Assembly: GCF_009914755.1 (NCBI RefSeq)
Contig: NC_060926.1
Origin: the human T2T-CHM13v2.0 reference genome, Homo sapiens
DNA: 64,000 nucleotides
Strand: one strand, 5' to 3'
Part shown: one piece after another, positions 1 to 14,506 of the stretch
Position numbering within the stretch: the first letter of the stretch is position 1
Layout of the letters: the number at the start of each line of letters is the position of its first letter
Translations under genes and position numbers: made by a program
Notes under the pieces: generated by a model
What the model saw: only the letters and a program-made list of their open reading frames with translations
The model's database searches: none
Told to the model about the DNA's origin: nothing

Positions 1-68
1 GGAGGCAGAGCTGCGCCTCGTCATCAAGCCCTGCCATCTTTGTCCCCTCACTGCCGGGCTCTGCACAG

Positions 69-532
69 GTCATCACCATCTTCAGCCTGGTGGAGGTGGT
101 CCTGTGGGCAGCCATGGCCCTCTAGTATAGTGCTGTCCTGAGGCAGCCGAGCAACCAGGGCCACCTGGTCCCCGAGGAAGAGGAGGAGGAGTAGGTCGAG
201 TTTGAAAAGGAACCTGAGGTCTGATGTGCTGGCCAAGCTCAGCCAAACCCTCCTGCCCCACCCCGCTAGCTTTAGGAATAGGACCTGATGACACCAAGGG
301 GGATTTTTAATTTAGGTTTTAACAACTCAAGGGTTTGCTTTTGGTTTTACTTTTGCATTTTATTTAGTGTTTGCAGCTCAGTTTTTAAACAAACTGCAGG
401 GGAGAGGATGGAGCTGGAAGGAAGGCTGAGACCTGGCCAGCAATGAGACCGGTTCCCCTTCTGCCCGGGCCCCACTGCCTTCTCCAGCCCAGGGAATGGG
501 GCCTTTTCTGCAAATCAGTGTCAGGGAATAAA
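69..532 (+). pseudogene. DIS3L2P1: DIS3L2 pseudogene fragment: terminal exon and 3'UTR
   Basis: After acceptor ...ctgcacag (67-68) the frame reads [40 protein letters not shown], resembling the DIS3L2 C-terminus as I recall it ([42 protein letters not shown]). In-frame TAG stops at 123-125 and 192-194; AATAAA at 527-532. Position upstream of ALPI fits the known gene order. Confidence 0.8.
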
Positions 533-3444
533 ATCAAGTGTGGAGTGCCATCTGGTGTGTGGGGCGCCTCTGGGAAGCCTGGGCAGCGGAATGCCCCTTG
601 CACCCAGGGCAAGGGACCCAGTTCAGGCTCCACCCCTCACTGCTGAGCCGATGTCACCACCCGGAACCTTCCTGTCAGTTCCAGCACGATTCAGAGTCGG
701 CTACGTGGCAGATTGGTGCCGGAGTCTCATTCTGCCTGATTAAAAATGGAATTAGTATGCAGGACTGAGAGCGCCCCCGTCACCCTGACGCATGTGACTG
801 TGTCCAACCCTGCCCCCACTTCCTCTCTGCACCAGCTCCGCAGGGCCTGGTGGGGGTCATAGGTCCTGCAACACCCTCTCCCCGCAGTTCCTTGGCCAAC
901 ACTCTGAATGGCCCTGTCTATACCCTGGGTCTGAGTCAGTGCCCTGGCAGCTCCAGGCCCAATCCTGTGCTCTGGGGACAGAAGCAGGCCTGGGCCTCGG
1001 GGAGGGGACGAGGGCTCTCCAGTGCCTTCCCAACCTGGCCCCGTTGCCCACCCAGTGTCCTGAGCACCCATGGATCCCACCTGCCTTGGGGCCTGGGCAG
1101 AGCTGGCTGGCCACTGGGCATTCCCTTCCCCAGCCAGCCTGACCCCAGCCTGCACTCCTCCCCCTCTGTGGGGGAAGCTCCGTGGCTTGGCGTCCCCGAG
1201 AGCTGCTAGAAACTAGGATGAAAGCCATGGTGAGCACGGCCTCTGTTCCCCCGCACCATTTCCTGGGGTGTCGGGACTAACAAGCTCATTTGATCTGGTT
1301 ACAGTGAATTTTCTTCAAAGAAACACTCAATAGGGTCCCTTGTCAGAGTGCGTCGCAGCGCCTGAATGACAGCGACTGGTTATGGCTGCCTTTGTTCTGC
1401 CACTGTCAGATGGGGCTGGCTGTGGGAGGCGACCAAAGACATCCCACACCTGCCCTGGGAGCCTTTCCCTCCTCCAGGGCTCAGCCACCTCAGGCGGCCT
1501 TCAGTCTGTGTGTCCTGCCACCCCCGAGATGTCCCAGAGGCCACGGTCACCCCATCTGTTCCTGTCCCCAGAACCTTCTCCTGCAGCCAAGTATCTGCAG
1601 GGACAGACAGGCGAGCGTCTGGGGGTTTGGTGTTGGGGTGGAGAAGGCTGTGGGGTGCTGCCCCAGCCCAGGCAGCCTGACTGTGAGAGCCCCAAACAGG
1701 AGACATCCCAGCCCCTTCCCCTCCCCTCCACGCTGCCCACCCTCTGAGGAGCAGTGGCCAAGTTCCTCTCTGGGCTTCTCAGGCCAGGCTGGCCCTGTCC
1801 CCCAGGGCCTCCCACGAAGCATGGGAGCTATTCCCTCACAGGCAGCACAGACCCGGACGGACACCTGTCCCTATGTCCCAGCGCCCCCAGGCCCCAGTAA
1901 GGAGTAGCCAGGGGGGTGAACAAGGGGGTTCCTGCTGCCTGGGCTTGTTTGGGAAGCAGATGCTGGGCTCAGAGTTTCTTCAGAGAGCCTCACCTTCCGT
2001 GCTGGCCCCAGAGCATGGCGGGTCCCTGGAGCTGTGGAGGCCATGGCAGCCCCAGCCCACCCCACCCCATCTGGGGAAGTGGAAACCGTATCCACGAGGG
2101 TCAGGTCAGGTCTCTGCCTCCAGTGACCTGGCAAGGTTGTGCCCAGCCAGGACCTGGGCTCAGGCCCAGGCAGCCGCCACACCCTACCCAGAGCTCAGAG
2201 AAGGCAGCCCAGCCTTCTCCCCACACCAGTCACACCGAGCCCTGCGTCTGCATTCACTCCTTTAAGGAACATGGTTGACTGAATCCGGTGCCGCGCATTC
2301 ACAGGATGGCTCTCCATGGGTCCACTGGGGCCCAGCCTCTTATGTGGCCCCTCACTAAAAGGACTCAACAGAAAGAGTGACCAGACACCGACCCTCATCT
2401 AAAGGAGGACTTGGCCATTCCCTGGGCTGTCCCACAGCACCTGCCGGCCAGGGCCCGGGCACAGAGCGAGACTGTCTTTTCCTCAAGGAGACACCGTGGG
2501 GGAGAGAGGGAGAGGTAGACACCACCAACCTCATTCCATGACCAGGGCCTGGCGATGCTCAGAAGCCAGTGAGTGTGTCCCAACCCTGAAGGGTCAGTAC
2601 CGGCCCCCTGGACCTAGGGGGAAGATGGTGCAGGCAGTGACCTGGCCTGGGGAAGGAGCTGAAGCTCCCAGAGCTTGCAGCCACCCTCCTGGGGAGAGAC
2701 TGACGCCTCCCCAGTTCCTGTTAGGAAGGACCTCAGGAAAGAACTGGAATCACACAGACTGGGGTGGCAGCCTCCTGGCCCCTGAGGAGGATGTCAGGCC
2801 GCAGAAGGGAGGCACGGGCATGAAGCTTGGGAAGGGGGCACCAGAGGAGGCAAGGCCTGTGCAGAAGCAGCACCAGAGGCCACTGCAGCGGCTCCACCAC
2901 CCAGCAGCACCGCCACGAGGCAGGAAGTGGGAGGCCAGGCAGGAGGGGCTGTGATCGCCCAGGTGCCAGGAGGAAGGGCTGAGAGGGGACAGTGCAGATG
3001 TCCAGAGAGGCCTGGCGGGGATAGGCCACCAAAGTCACAGGTGGGATGGGCTTTCTCCAGGGAGTTCTACAGCACAGATGGTGCCGCTGGCCTGGCCGTG
3101 GCCAGCTCTGCACATGAGCCTGCCCCAGTCCTTGCTGGGCACGGACCAAAGAGTGGTTCCTGGGTTGGAATCACAGAATTCAGGGGCTAATGGCAGTCGG
3201 GATGGGAATTGGGAGGGGGGAAGTGAATTAAATATTTGAGCCCTGGTGGAGGCTATACAGGATGTTCACGTTAAAGAAGGTTCTGGAGAAGGGGATGATT
3301 CTTGGAATGATGAGTATTAGTTTCCACATGCCTGAGTTTAGGTTCTGGATTTAAAACCTTATTGTAAGATCATCTCTTTGAACCTTCTCTCTAATTGTGG
3401 GGTTTTATGGTTTGGGGGAAATTTTACTTATTTTTGTTGTTGGT

Positions 3445-3760
3445 TTTTTGGTTTTTGGTTTTTTGAGACAGGGTCTCCCTCTATTGACCAGGCTGGAGTG
3501 CAGAGGCTGGAGTGCTGTGGGGCGATCAGGGCTCACTGAAGCCTGCACCTCCCTGGCTGAAGAGATCCTCCCACTTCAGCCTCCCCACTAGGTGGGAATA
3601 CAAGCGAGTGCCACCATATCCAGCTAGTTTTAAAAATTTTTTGTAGTGATGGGGTCTTACTATGTTGCCAGGCTTGTCTCAAGCTCCTGGGCTCAAGTGA
3701 TCCTCCCGTCTCAGCCTCCCAAAGTGTTAGGATTATAGGTATGAGCCACCATGCCCGGCC
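3445..3760 (-). mobile_element. Alu (J-like)
   Basis: T-rich tail then gagacagggtct...atgcccggcc; diverged Alu consensus. Confidence 0.9.
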
Positions 3761-3775
3761 GATTTGTTTTTTTAA

Positions 3776-4133
<358 letters not shown>

Positions 4134-5471
4134 TAAATAATTTATTTTACTTAAAAAACAGTTTTGCTCAACCTCGTTCATGAGCTGTGTTGTGTTCTTA
4201 ATGTTTATCAATAGTACATTGCTCAGTTCTGGAAAGCACTTAGCCAGATATTTAAAAAGCAACAGAAATTGAAGGGCAAAATAGAAGATGGAACAAAAAC
4301 TCTCCAATAGTGTATTCAACTTAACAGGTTTTCAACTCACCAGGGTGCTATTGGAATACAATTGTCCCCCTGGTTCCTGTCATACAAGATCAAAGTTAAA
4401 CCACTAAACACAATTGCAGCATCCTTGACTTCATACACTTTCCTTTCCACACATCCATATAGACGCCCGAAGCACCCTTCAGGGCAGAATTGTCTTTTGT
4501 CCCTCACTCTCAGGGGACAACCATGCACTAGGGCCCACCTGCCAGCCACCCCTGCCACTGTCACTACTGCTGGTATTAGGGGGCAGGGGTGAAGGAGGTG
4601 GCCAGATCAGGGCTCGGGGTGCCTGGCTGAGTGCCCCCTCCACTGAGCCCATTCCTGTGCCTGCAGCTTCCCACAGGCTGAGGCCCCAGTGTCCTGCTTG
4701 TGCTGCTGAGGGGGCTCCATGGCCTGTTGAGAGGCCTCCCCAGGAAGCCCATAGGGAGGAGGTTGGGGTGTCTCCTGCCTTGGGGGTGGGACAGTCCCTT
4801 CTTGTTCCCACCCCAGGTACCTGACCCAAGTTCTCCTGTGCATGAGGAATGCCTGGATGTCCCTCCTTGGTAGGTGGGATGGGCCAGAGGGAGGTCCTGC
4901 CTACACAGCCCTTAATTAGGAATTTAGAGATTTGTGCTCTAGGAAGGAGCTGCTTCCGCTACCATTTGGCCAACTGTGTGCTGTGCAGACCCGCAGCTTG
5001 GAAACAGGTTTCAAGGATGTTCAGGACTTGCCTCGTGTTCATAAAGGTCAGGGGTCGCCTCTTGCCCCCTGCTCCCCTGCTAACTCTGCAGCAGGCCCTG
5101 GACTAATTAAGTCCCCGCAACAGCCCCGAGACCCAGGCTCTGTGAAAGTTGTCAGAATCAAAATGGAGCCACTTCTGTCCAACCCTAAGAGCAACAACAA
5201 AATCATGCGGCCGGGAGGTTCTGAAGGAGGGCCCTCCCGCACACCTGCCTATGATCAGAGCCCTTCCGAAGCCTCTGGGAAGGGCGCAGATGCCTGCAAC
5301 AAGACCTTTTTTTATTTTTTATTTTTTGCCGGGACTTTGCAGCTCACTATGTGAGTCACAAGGACGGCTAGCCGGCTGCACAAGAACACTTGCCTAATAA
5401 CGCTGTGTCCACTCATAAACTTATGCCGGTTCCTGGGATAAGCCCCTGGAATCAGTGTTCTCTTCCTTTCA

Positions 5472-5798
<327 letters not shown>

Positions 5799-6581
5799 TT
5801 AAGGTTGACAGGACTATCATTCTTTTCGTTCATAGATGAGGGAATTAAGGCTTGGAGAGGTTCCGTTCTGAAGGACACTCAGTAAGTGGTGGACAGAGAA
5901 TTTCAGCTCAGACTCAAAGGCTATTTAATTTACTTCTTTTAAATCCATGCTTCTTAGCACTCAGCTAGTCACGTATCACCTTGACAACTTTTTGCCGTAG
6001 CCACATTACTGCCTGTGGTATGATTTACTGAATATTTTTCTCTACATAAGCTCAGATTTGCCTTAAGTCTATTAGAAAAGGAAACTTGTAACTGAAAAAT
6101 GGAAGACCACCATCTCTTGCCGTAAACAGAAGCAACTGTGTATTCCACACACACCAAAAGCAGTGTTCTTACAGCCTCCTTAGATGTTTTGAGTCTAAAG
6201 CATGCTTTATCTTGTTAAAGGGGAGATGGCAAAGTTAGGGTGGCAGTGAAACTAACCAAAGGTGGGGAAACTATGCAAAGTCCACAAGGCATTTCTTATT
6301 TTTTTCTTTTTCTGAGACGTTGTCTCACTCTGTCACCCAGGTTGGACACATATCTGGTTGTCAAGGATTAGGGACAGGGGAAGAGGTAGAGGAAAGAGGT
6401 GGCCTGGTTATAAAAGTACCCTGTGGGGTTGGAGCTCTTCAGCATCTCAACTATGGTGCTGTTACACAAACCTACTTAGGTGATAAATTGTATACACACT
6501 CCCACACACATGCACACGAATACAGGTAACACTGGGGAAATCTGAATAATAACTGTGGATTATGCCACTGGGGGAGACTAA

Positions 6582-6960
<379 letters not shown>

Positions 6961-6962
6961 AG

Positions 6963-7277
<315 letters not shown>

Positions 7278-7794
7278 TTGTATTATTTCTTACAACTACT
7301 TGTGAATCTATAGTTCTGTCAAAAATTCCAACTTAAACATGAAACTCAGGGTGGCTATAAAGCCTCCTGACTCACCTTGACTTTGGAATCAATCAATCAA
7401 TTAATTGAGGAGACCCATTAGTGAGTCTCCTCTGACTTTCAGCCAAGAATGTTCCTAACTCAGCAAGATGAAGCAGGAGGTAGAGGAAACTAAGGGGGCA
7501 ACAAGCAGGGGGCAAGAAGGACCTATGAGAGCGACATCTTCCCTGAGAGCCCCAGGACGACCACCGGGAAGCCAGGAGGGCGCAGGCAGGAGGACCCGGG
7601 AAAGCTCGGCCTGAGGGAGGCCCTAGGCGTGGTGGGGAGTGGGGCAGGGCAGGCAGAGGCTGGGCAGCAGGTGAGGTCCCCTGGGTTCTGAGGGCCAAGC
7701 CTGGGGTTTGAGGTAAACAGGCTCGAGTGGAGAAGGGGCTGCTGTGGTTGGGCTGGGGTGGGTGGAGCTGGAGGAGCCTTTTCTTCTTGAACCA

Positions 7795-8400
7795 GTTTTT
7801 GAATTGTGCTACAAAACACGGTACATCAAGTTTACCTCCTTCACCATTTTCAAGTGTACAGGGCGGCAGTGTTGAGTACACGCACAGTGTTGTGCAGCTG
7901 ATCTCCAGAACATTCTCATCCTGCAACCTTGAAGCTCTGTCCCTATTAAACTCCAACTCTAACCCTAACCCCAACCCTAACCCATTGCCTCCTCCCTCAG
8001 CCTCAGGCAACCTCCATTCCACTTCTGTCTCTATGTATTTGACTCCCCTCGGGACCTCAGAGAAGTGTGTTCGTGCGTATTTGTTCTTTTGCACTGGTAT
8101 ATTTCACTGAGCATAATGTCCTAAGGTTCATCCATGTTGTAGCAGGTGTCAGGGTCGCCTTTGTTTTCAAGGCTGCGTGATACTCCATTGTATGTGTGCA
8201 CCCTGTTTGGTTTCTCCATTTCTCTTTTGCTGGACACTTGGGTAGCTTCCAGCTCTTGGCTGCTGTGGATAATGCTGCTGGGAACATGGGTGTGCAGTTA
8301 TCTGTTCGAGTCCCTAGTTCGCATTCCTTTGGCTACACACTCAGAGTGGGATGTCTGGACTGAAGCAATACTTTTGAACTCAGCCTGAGGTTACCAAACT
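7795..8400 (-). mobile_element. Old L1 (L1MB-like) 3' fragment
   Basis: Typical L1M 3'-end text: ccattttcaagtgtaca, ggcaacctccattccacttctgtctctatg, ggttcatccatgttgtagc. Minus ORF 8057-8287 resembles the ORF2 C-terminus (AKSWKLPKCP...MEYHAALK). Confidence 0.8.
8374..8394 (+). promoter_or_regulatory. Everted-repeat thyroid hormone response element of ALPI (recalled)
   Basis: TTGAACTCAgccTGAGGTTAC, 632 nt upstream of the ATG at 9006; sequence and offset match my recollection of the reported intestinal AP TRE. Confidence 0.65.
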
Positions 8401-8844
8401 CTCTGAACTCCTTATCAGAGGCTACACTTCTGGGTGTTCCCCGGGGCCCATGGAAAACAGACTCACCCCAGGCTCCATCTACCTGTGCAAGGGAACAGGG
8501 GTCAACCTCAAGTGCACAGGCTGCTCTGGAAGACCCAGCCCAGGTCTGGCTGACCCAGAGCACTGGCCCCTTCCCAGCCTGCGTCCTCAGGACATAGGTG
8601 TGGGCACCCATATACACCAAGTGGGTTCTAGGGCAGCCAGGCCACCCAGTGTGCCTCCTTTCACACTCCTCTGGGGCTCGTGACATTACGAGCCCTAACC
8701 CGGGCCCTGGCCTAGGCTGTGTGTTTCCAGTCTCACCTCTCTTCACACCTTGAATGAGGTGAATGAAGGAGTGGCAACGCGTCTCCCACAAGACACTGTG
8801 AGCCACACCCAGTCCCTTCCCTTCAGCAAGCTTGGCTTCAGGTC

Positions 8845-8960
8845 ACAGGACTGGGCGGGGTCAAGATGGACACCAGGGGTGTGGGGAGGGACGTGGAGCA
8901 TTTACAGCCAGGGGCAAAGTCCTCCCCTGATTTAAACCCAGGCAGCCTGCGCTGCAGCCG
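8845..8960 (+). promoter_or_regulatory. ALPI: ALPI proximal promoter
   Basis: GC box GGGCGGGG 8853-8860 (Sp/KLF), HNF4-type DR1 AGGGGCAAAGTCC 8910-8922, TATA-like TTTAAA 8931-8936, ATG at 9006. Confidence 0.75.
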
Positions 8961-9005
8961 GTTCCTGGTGTCCCCACTTCGCCTCCCTCCTGCTGCCCCC
9001 AAGAC

Positions 9006-11952
9006 ATGCAGGGGCCCTGGGTGCTGCTGCTGCTGGGCCTGAGGCTACAGCTCTCCCTGGGCGTCATCCCAGGTAATGAGGCTCCCCAAGCTGTTCCACA
9101 CACAGGGCACCCCCTCAGCCAGGCTGACCTGATCTCTACTCTCCCCCTGGCCAGCTGAGGAGGAGAACCCGGCCTTCTGGAACCGCCAGGCAGCTGAGGC
9201 CCTGGATGCTGCCAAGAAGCTGCAGCCCATCCAGAAGGTCGCCAAGAACCTCATCCTCTTCCTGGGCGATGGTGAGTGAGCAAGGCCTGTCCAGCCCCGT
9301 AGTCCTCACAGCCCCGGCACCCGGGACCTTCAGTGGTTCCAGGACAACCCTGGGGCCCAGGACTCACACATTTCTGCTCCTTCAGGGTTGGGGGTGCCCA
9401 CGGTGACAGCCACCAGGATCCTAAAGGGGCAGAAGAATGGCAAACTGGGGCCTGAGACGCCCCTGGCCATGGACCGCTTCCCATACCTGGCTCTGTCCAA
9501 GGTAAGGGCTGGGCCACCTCAGAGTCCTCCAAGCAGAGGAGAGGGATCAAGGATATGGAGTGTGGCAGGAGGGAGGGAGCCAGGACAGCTGGGGCCTAAG
9601 TTAGGAGCTGGGAGCAGTTAGGATCCCAGAGGACCAGAACCAGGTCCTTGGTTGGGGTCTGGGTGTCCGCCCCGAAGTAGAGCTCAGGGTGTCTCCGTTC
9701 GCAGACATACAATGTGGACAGACAGGTGCCAGACAGCGCAGCCACAGCCACGGCCTACCTGTGCGGGGTCAAGGCCAACTTCCAGACCATCGGCTTGAGT
9801 GCAGCCGCCCGCTTTAACCAGTGCAACACGACACGCGGCAATGAGGTCATCTCCGTGATGAACCGGGCCAAGCAAGCAGGTGAGCTGGGGCCCGCTGTGG
9901 GGTCAGGACCAGGCCCAAGATCTCGGTCACCGATCCTGACCTCTGTCACCCTCAGGAAAGTCAGTAGGAGTGGTGACCACCACACGGGTGCAGCACGCCT
10001 CGCCAGCCGGCACCTACGCACACACAGTGAACCGCAACTGGTACTCAGATGCTGACATGCCTGCCTCAGCCCGCCAGGAGGGGTGCCAGGACATCGCCAC
10101 TCAGCTCATCTCCAACATGGACATTGACGTGCGACCCCCGGGCCAAGGGCTGGGGCTGGGCAGAGGGGAAGGTGGCACAGGCTCAGATCCAGGCAACCAA
10201 AAGCCTGATCTGGGTCAGCAGGTTCTGGAGGTGGAGTTGGGGATGTAGAATGTGCAATACAGGCTGGGCCATTCCCACAGCCCTGGGGAGGGGAGCCAGG
10301 GGCTATGCATGAGGAGGGGGCACGGGGCCAGCCAGGCCCCCAAACCACCTGCCCCATCCATTGTCCTCAGGTGATCCTTGGCGGAGGCCGCAAGTACATG
10401 TTTCCCATGGGGACCCCAGACCCTGAGTACCCAGCTGATGCCAGCCAGAATGGAATCAGGCTGGACGGGAAGAACCTGGTGCAGGAATGGCTGGCAAAGC
10501 ACCAGGTGATGGGGGCTGGTGGGTGTGGGAGGCACGGCAGGGGGAGGCCAAGTGTGTGGGTCTCAGGGCTGTGGGCTGAAGCCTGGCTCTGTCCCTGCAG
10601 GGTGCCTGGTATGTGTGGAACCGCACTGAGCTCATGCAGGCGTCCCTGGACCAGTCTGTGACCCATCTCATGGGTAATGACCCCCTTCCTGCCCTGGCAT
10701 TCCTCAGACAACCTCAGAGGGTGCCATCCGAGCCTGTGTGCCCATTTGCCAGCACCCTCCCGCTCACAGCCTGCCAATCACCACCAAGCTCCTTGTCCCA
10801 CAGGCCTCTTTGAGCCCGGAGACACGAAATATGAGATCCACCGAGACCCCACACTGGACCCCTCCCTGATGGAGATGACAGAGGCTGCCCTGCGCCTGCT
10901 GAGCAGGAACCCCCGCGGCTTCTACCTCTTTGTGGAGGGTGCGTGGTGGCCCCTGGGGAGTGGAGGAAGGCGGGGCGCGGCAGGGCAGGTTCAAGCATCA
11001 CCCCCCTCTGGCCTTCCTGCAGGCGGCCGCATCGACCATGGTCATCATGAGGGTGTGGCTTACCAGGCACTCACTGAGGCGGTCATGTTCGACGACGCCA
11101 TTGAGAGGGCGGGCCAGCTCACCAGCGAGGAGGACACGCTGACCCTCGTCACCGCTGACCACTCCCATGTCTTCTCCTTTGGTGGCTACACCTTGCGAGG
11201 GAGCTCCATCTTCGGTAGGCCTGGGGAGAGTGGCAGGTGCTGCTGCATCAATTATGAGGGTGAAGTTTGAGCCTCAGTTTCCTCCTCTGTCAAAAGTGTG
11301 CAATGCTGGCACCAGCCCTATAGGGATCTTGTGAGGACCGAGCCCCCGAACAGGCAAAAAGTGGCGGTGCCTGGCACATAGGAGGCACTCCCACAGCTGT
11401 GGTCAGCTCAACTACAGGGACCCGCATCTCCCTACAGGGTTGGCCCCCAGCAAGGCTCAGGACAGCAAAGCCTACACGTCCATCCTGTACGGCAATGGCC
11501 CGGGCTACGTGTTCAACTCAGGCGTGCGACCAGACGTGAATGAGAGCGAGAGCGGTGAGTGAGGCTGAATGGCCCGTGCAGGGGGACCAGGGTGCCAGGG
11601 ATGGGGGCATTCGCGGGAGGGGGACGCCGCCTGCCTGCCCTGAAGTGCACTCACCCTCCTACCAGGGAGCCCCGATTACCAGCAGCAGGCGGCGGTGCCC
11701 CTGTCGTCCGAGACCCACGGAGGCGAAGACGTGGCGGTGTTTGCGCGCGGCCCGCAGGCGCACCTGGTGCATGGTGTGCAGGAGCAGAGCTTCGTAGCGC
11801 ATGTCATGGCCTTCGCTGCCTGTCTGGAGCCCTACACGGCCTGCGACCTGGCGCCTCCCGCCTGCACCACCGACGCCGCGCACCCAGTTGCCGCGTCGCT
11901 GCCACTGCTGGCCGGGACCCTGCTGCTGCTGGGGGCGTCCGCTGCTCCCTGA
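9006..11952 (+). CDS. ALPI: Intestinal alkaline phosphatase precursor, 528 aa, GPI-anchored
   Basis: join(9006-9072,9155-9271,9386-9501,9705-9879,9956-10128,10371-10505,10601-10673,10804-10938,11023-11214,11438-11554,11666-11952)=1587 nt, all GT-AG. Signal peptide [19 protein letters not shown]; metal-site motifs [31 protein letters not shown]; catalytic Ser111 in VPDSAATA (AGC 9735-9737); hydrophobic GPI signal ...[27 protein letters not shown]. Confidence 0.98.
11265..11390 (+). mobile_element. MIR fragment in ALPI intron 9
   Basis: gagcctcagtttcctcctctgtcaaa...cttgtgagga...gtgcctggcacatagg is MIR core-like. Confidence 0.7.
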
Positions 11953-12263
11953 GTGCCCCACTCCGGAGTTATCCTGCTCCCCACCTCCGGGCGTCCTGCC
12001 CTGTTCCCCGTCCTGAGCCGCCACTTCCAGCGAACACACACAGGTGTCCTGCCGTTGGACCTTCACCTCCTAGAGATAAACCAGCCTCAGCTGGCGCAGC
12101 GGGGCCCTTCTTCCCTCCGCATCCCCTTCAGGGAGCAGGAGCCCAGGGCGCCCTGGGAGCTGAGCCTGGGACTTCCAGGACCTCCCCTCAGGTTGTTCTC
12201 TGATTCTTCCTCCCAACCCCAGAGACTGCAGATTTGTGCCATGCGGCTGCCTGCACCCCAGAC

Positions 12264-12269
12264 AATAAA
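12264..12269 (+). terminator. ALPI: ALPI proximal poly(A) signal candidate
   Basis: AATAAA ~310 nt after the stop codon. Confidence 0.55.
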
Positions 12270-12814
12270 GGGACCAAAACCACCCAACCCCCACCCTGCC
12301 TCTATCCTAAGGAAGACCAAGCAGGCCTGGACCCAGAGACGTCCCCCATCGTGGGACACGACACACCCAGACCGCGTGCCCCACCGTCTTAGCTTCAATC
12401 CTGGCAGCACCTGGTAGACCCAAGGACTTGGGTGGATCAGGACACCTGAAGAAGAGAAGCTTCCGGCAACCCTGCAACCCACCCAAGGAGGCTACTGGAT
12501 CGGGGATTCCCAGGGGGGCTTTGACACAGTCCTCTGCTGTCTCCCCACTAGGATCATTCCACACCCCTGCACCTGACCAAGGGACCAATGAGGCAGAGGC
12601 TTGCCCCAAGTCACAGCCACTCAGATGCTTCCTGCCCCCCAGTGCCCATTCCAGGTCACCAGATCCAAGGAGCGCTTGAGGAGCTCTGGGTACAGGGCAG
12701 CAACCCAGAGCCCATGGGCCCTCCCGGGACATCTGGATGCTGGGCATAGATTTCTCAACAAGGAAGACTCCCCTGCCTCCTCAAGGTCTCCATTCTCCTA
12801 GGAGACAAAGCAAT

Positions 12815-12820
12815 AATAAA
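12815..12820 (+). terminator. ALPI: ALPI second poly(A) signal candidate
   Basis: AATAAA ~860 nt after the stop codon. Confidence 0.65.
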
Positions 12821-14075
12821 AGGTGTTAGACAATGTAATGCCAGTACTACTTCCTAGGAGAAAAATCATGAGTGAGTGTGGGCACAGTATCTGGAGAGGT
12901 GGATAACGCAGGCCAGGAGGTACTGCTGAGGGGCAGATGATTGAGCAAGAGACTTGAACAGAGTGGGGGCTTGAGCAAGGCAGCACAGCAGTGCAAACGC
13001 CCTGGGGCAGTGTCAGCAGGTGCTCTGGGAGGCCAAGGGCTGGATCAGAGGGGTGGGGGTGGGTGGGCAGAGTGGGGAAAGCCTGAGGGGTCAGGAGAGT
13101 GGGGTGTGCATGGGGGACTGTGAAGTCTGGTTAGAGGGGTGTGGTTGGAGGTCTTTGAGGAGGGCTGTGACCTGCCCTGGTTGGGAAATAAGCACTCTGG
13201 CTGCTGCCAGGAGAAGGGTCTGGTCTTTTGGGCAGAGGGTGGGGGTGGTGGCAGGCTCAGGTGAAAGCTGGGGAAGGAGCTGACTCCAGGTGTTTCTGAC
13301 CTCCCTCTGAAAGTATTCTGGAGCGCCCATCCCAATACAGCCATACTTAGTGAGTACACACCTGCTCCAAGAGAACATTGAAAAGAATAAAGGTGAAATC
13401 AACCACATTTTCCAGCAAATTTTGCAGTATTACAAATTTATTTGTACATTTACAAAGGTGCAAAAAAGCATCTTGCTTTTGCAAGAAATAGTAACATCAT
13501 TCAATATGCTTTCTTATTTACTAAAACCTTGAAATAAAATTGTAAAACATCAGTTTGAAGGCCTGACTCTCAGGGTAGTTCTTTTTTAATTCTGGGTTTT
13601 AGTAGCTGTCACAAAAATATTGGAGGACCATGATCCCACTTGTGAATAGCCATAGGACTCCAGCCTGGGAAGCATAGCGAAAATCTGTGTCTAAAAAATG
13701 AAATAAAAGGATGAATTTTATGGTATGTAAATTATATCTAAATTTTAAAAAACAGATTCGAATATATAATCTGCTTTCAAGTTTTTTTAAATGTGTAGGG
13801 ATCAGGGTTTTATCAGTCAAATACATTTTTTACCACAAAATTCACATGTCAATGAAAACATTCTCAAACTTTGGTTCTAAAAAATGTTTTCTTTGGCATG
13901 AGTTTTCATTCCAAGATGATTACTTTCTCATTTTTTCATTGAAAGGACATCTTTACCTTGAAGGAGCAGATGCAAGAAAAGTACAATTATTTTTCAAGCT
14001 TTTTCCTGATTGCCTAAAACAGACAGCTCTTGTCATCTCAAAAGTGTCAGCATTTTGGTCTTTAGGAAGGAGGGA

Positions 14076-14496
<421 letters not shown>

Positions 14497-14506
14497 AAGG
14501 AGGGAG

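Noticed and set aside
7393-8094. 233-aa minus ORF with GLGLGLGL
   Set aside because: Derived from the L1 3' end plus the TTAGGG-like repeat.
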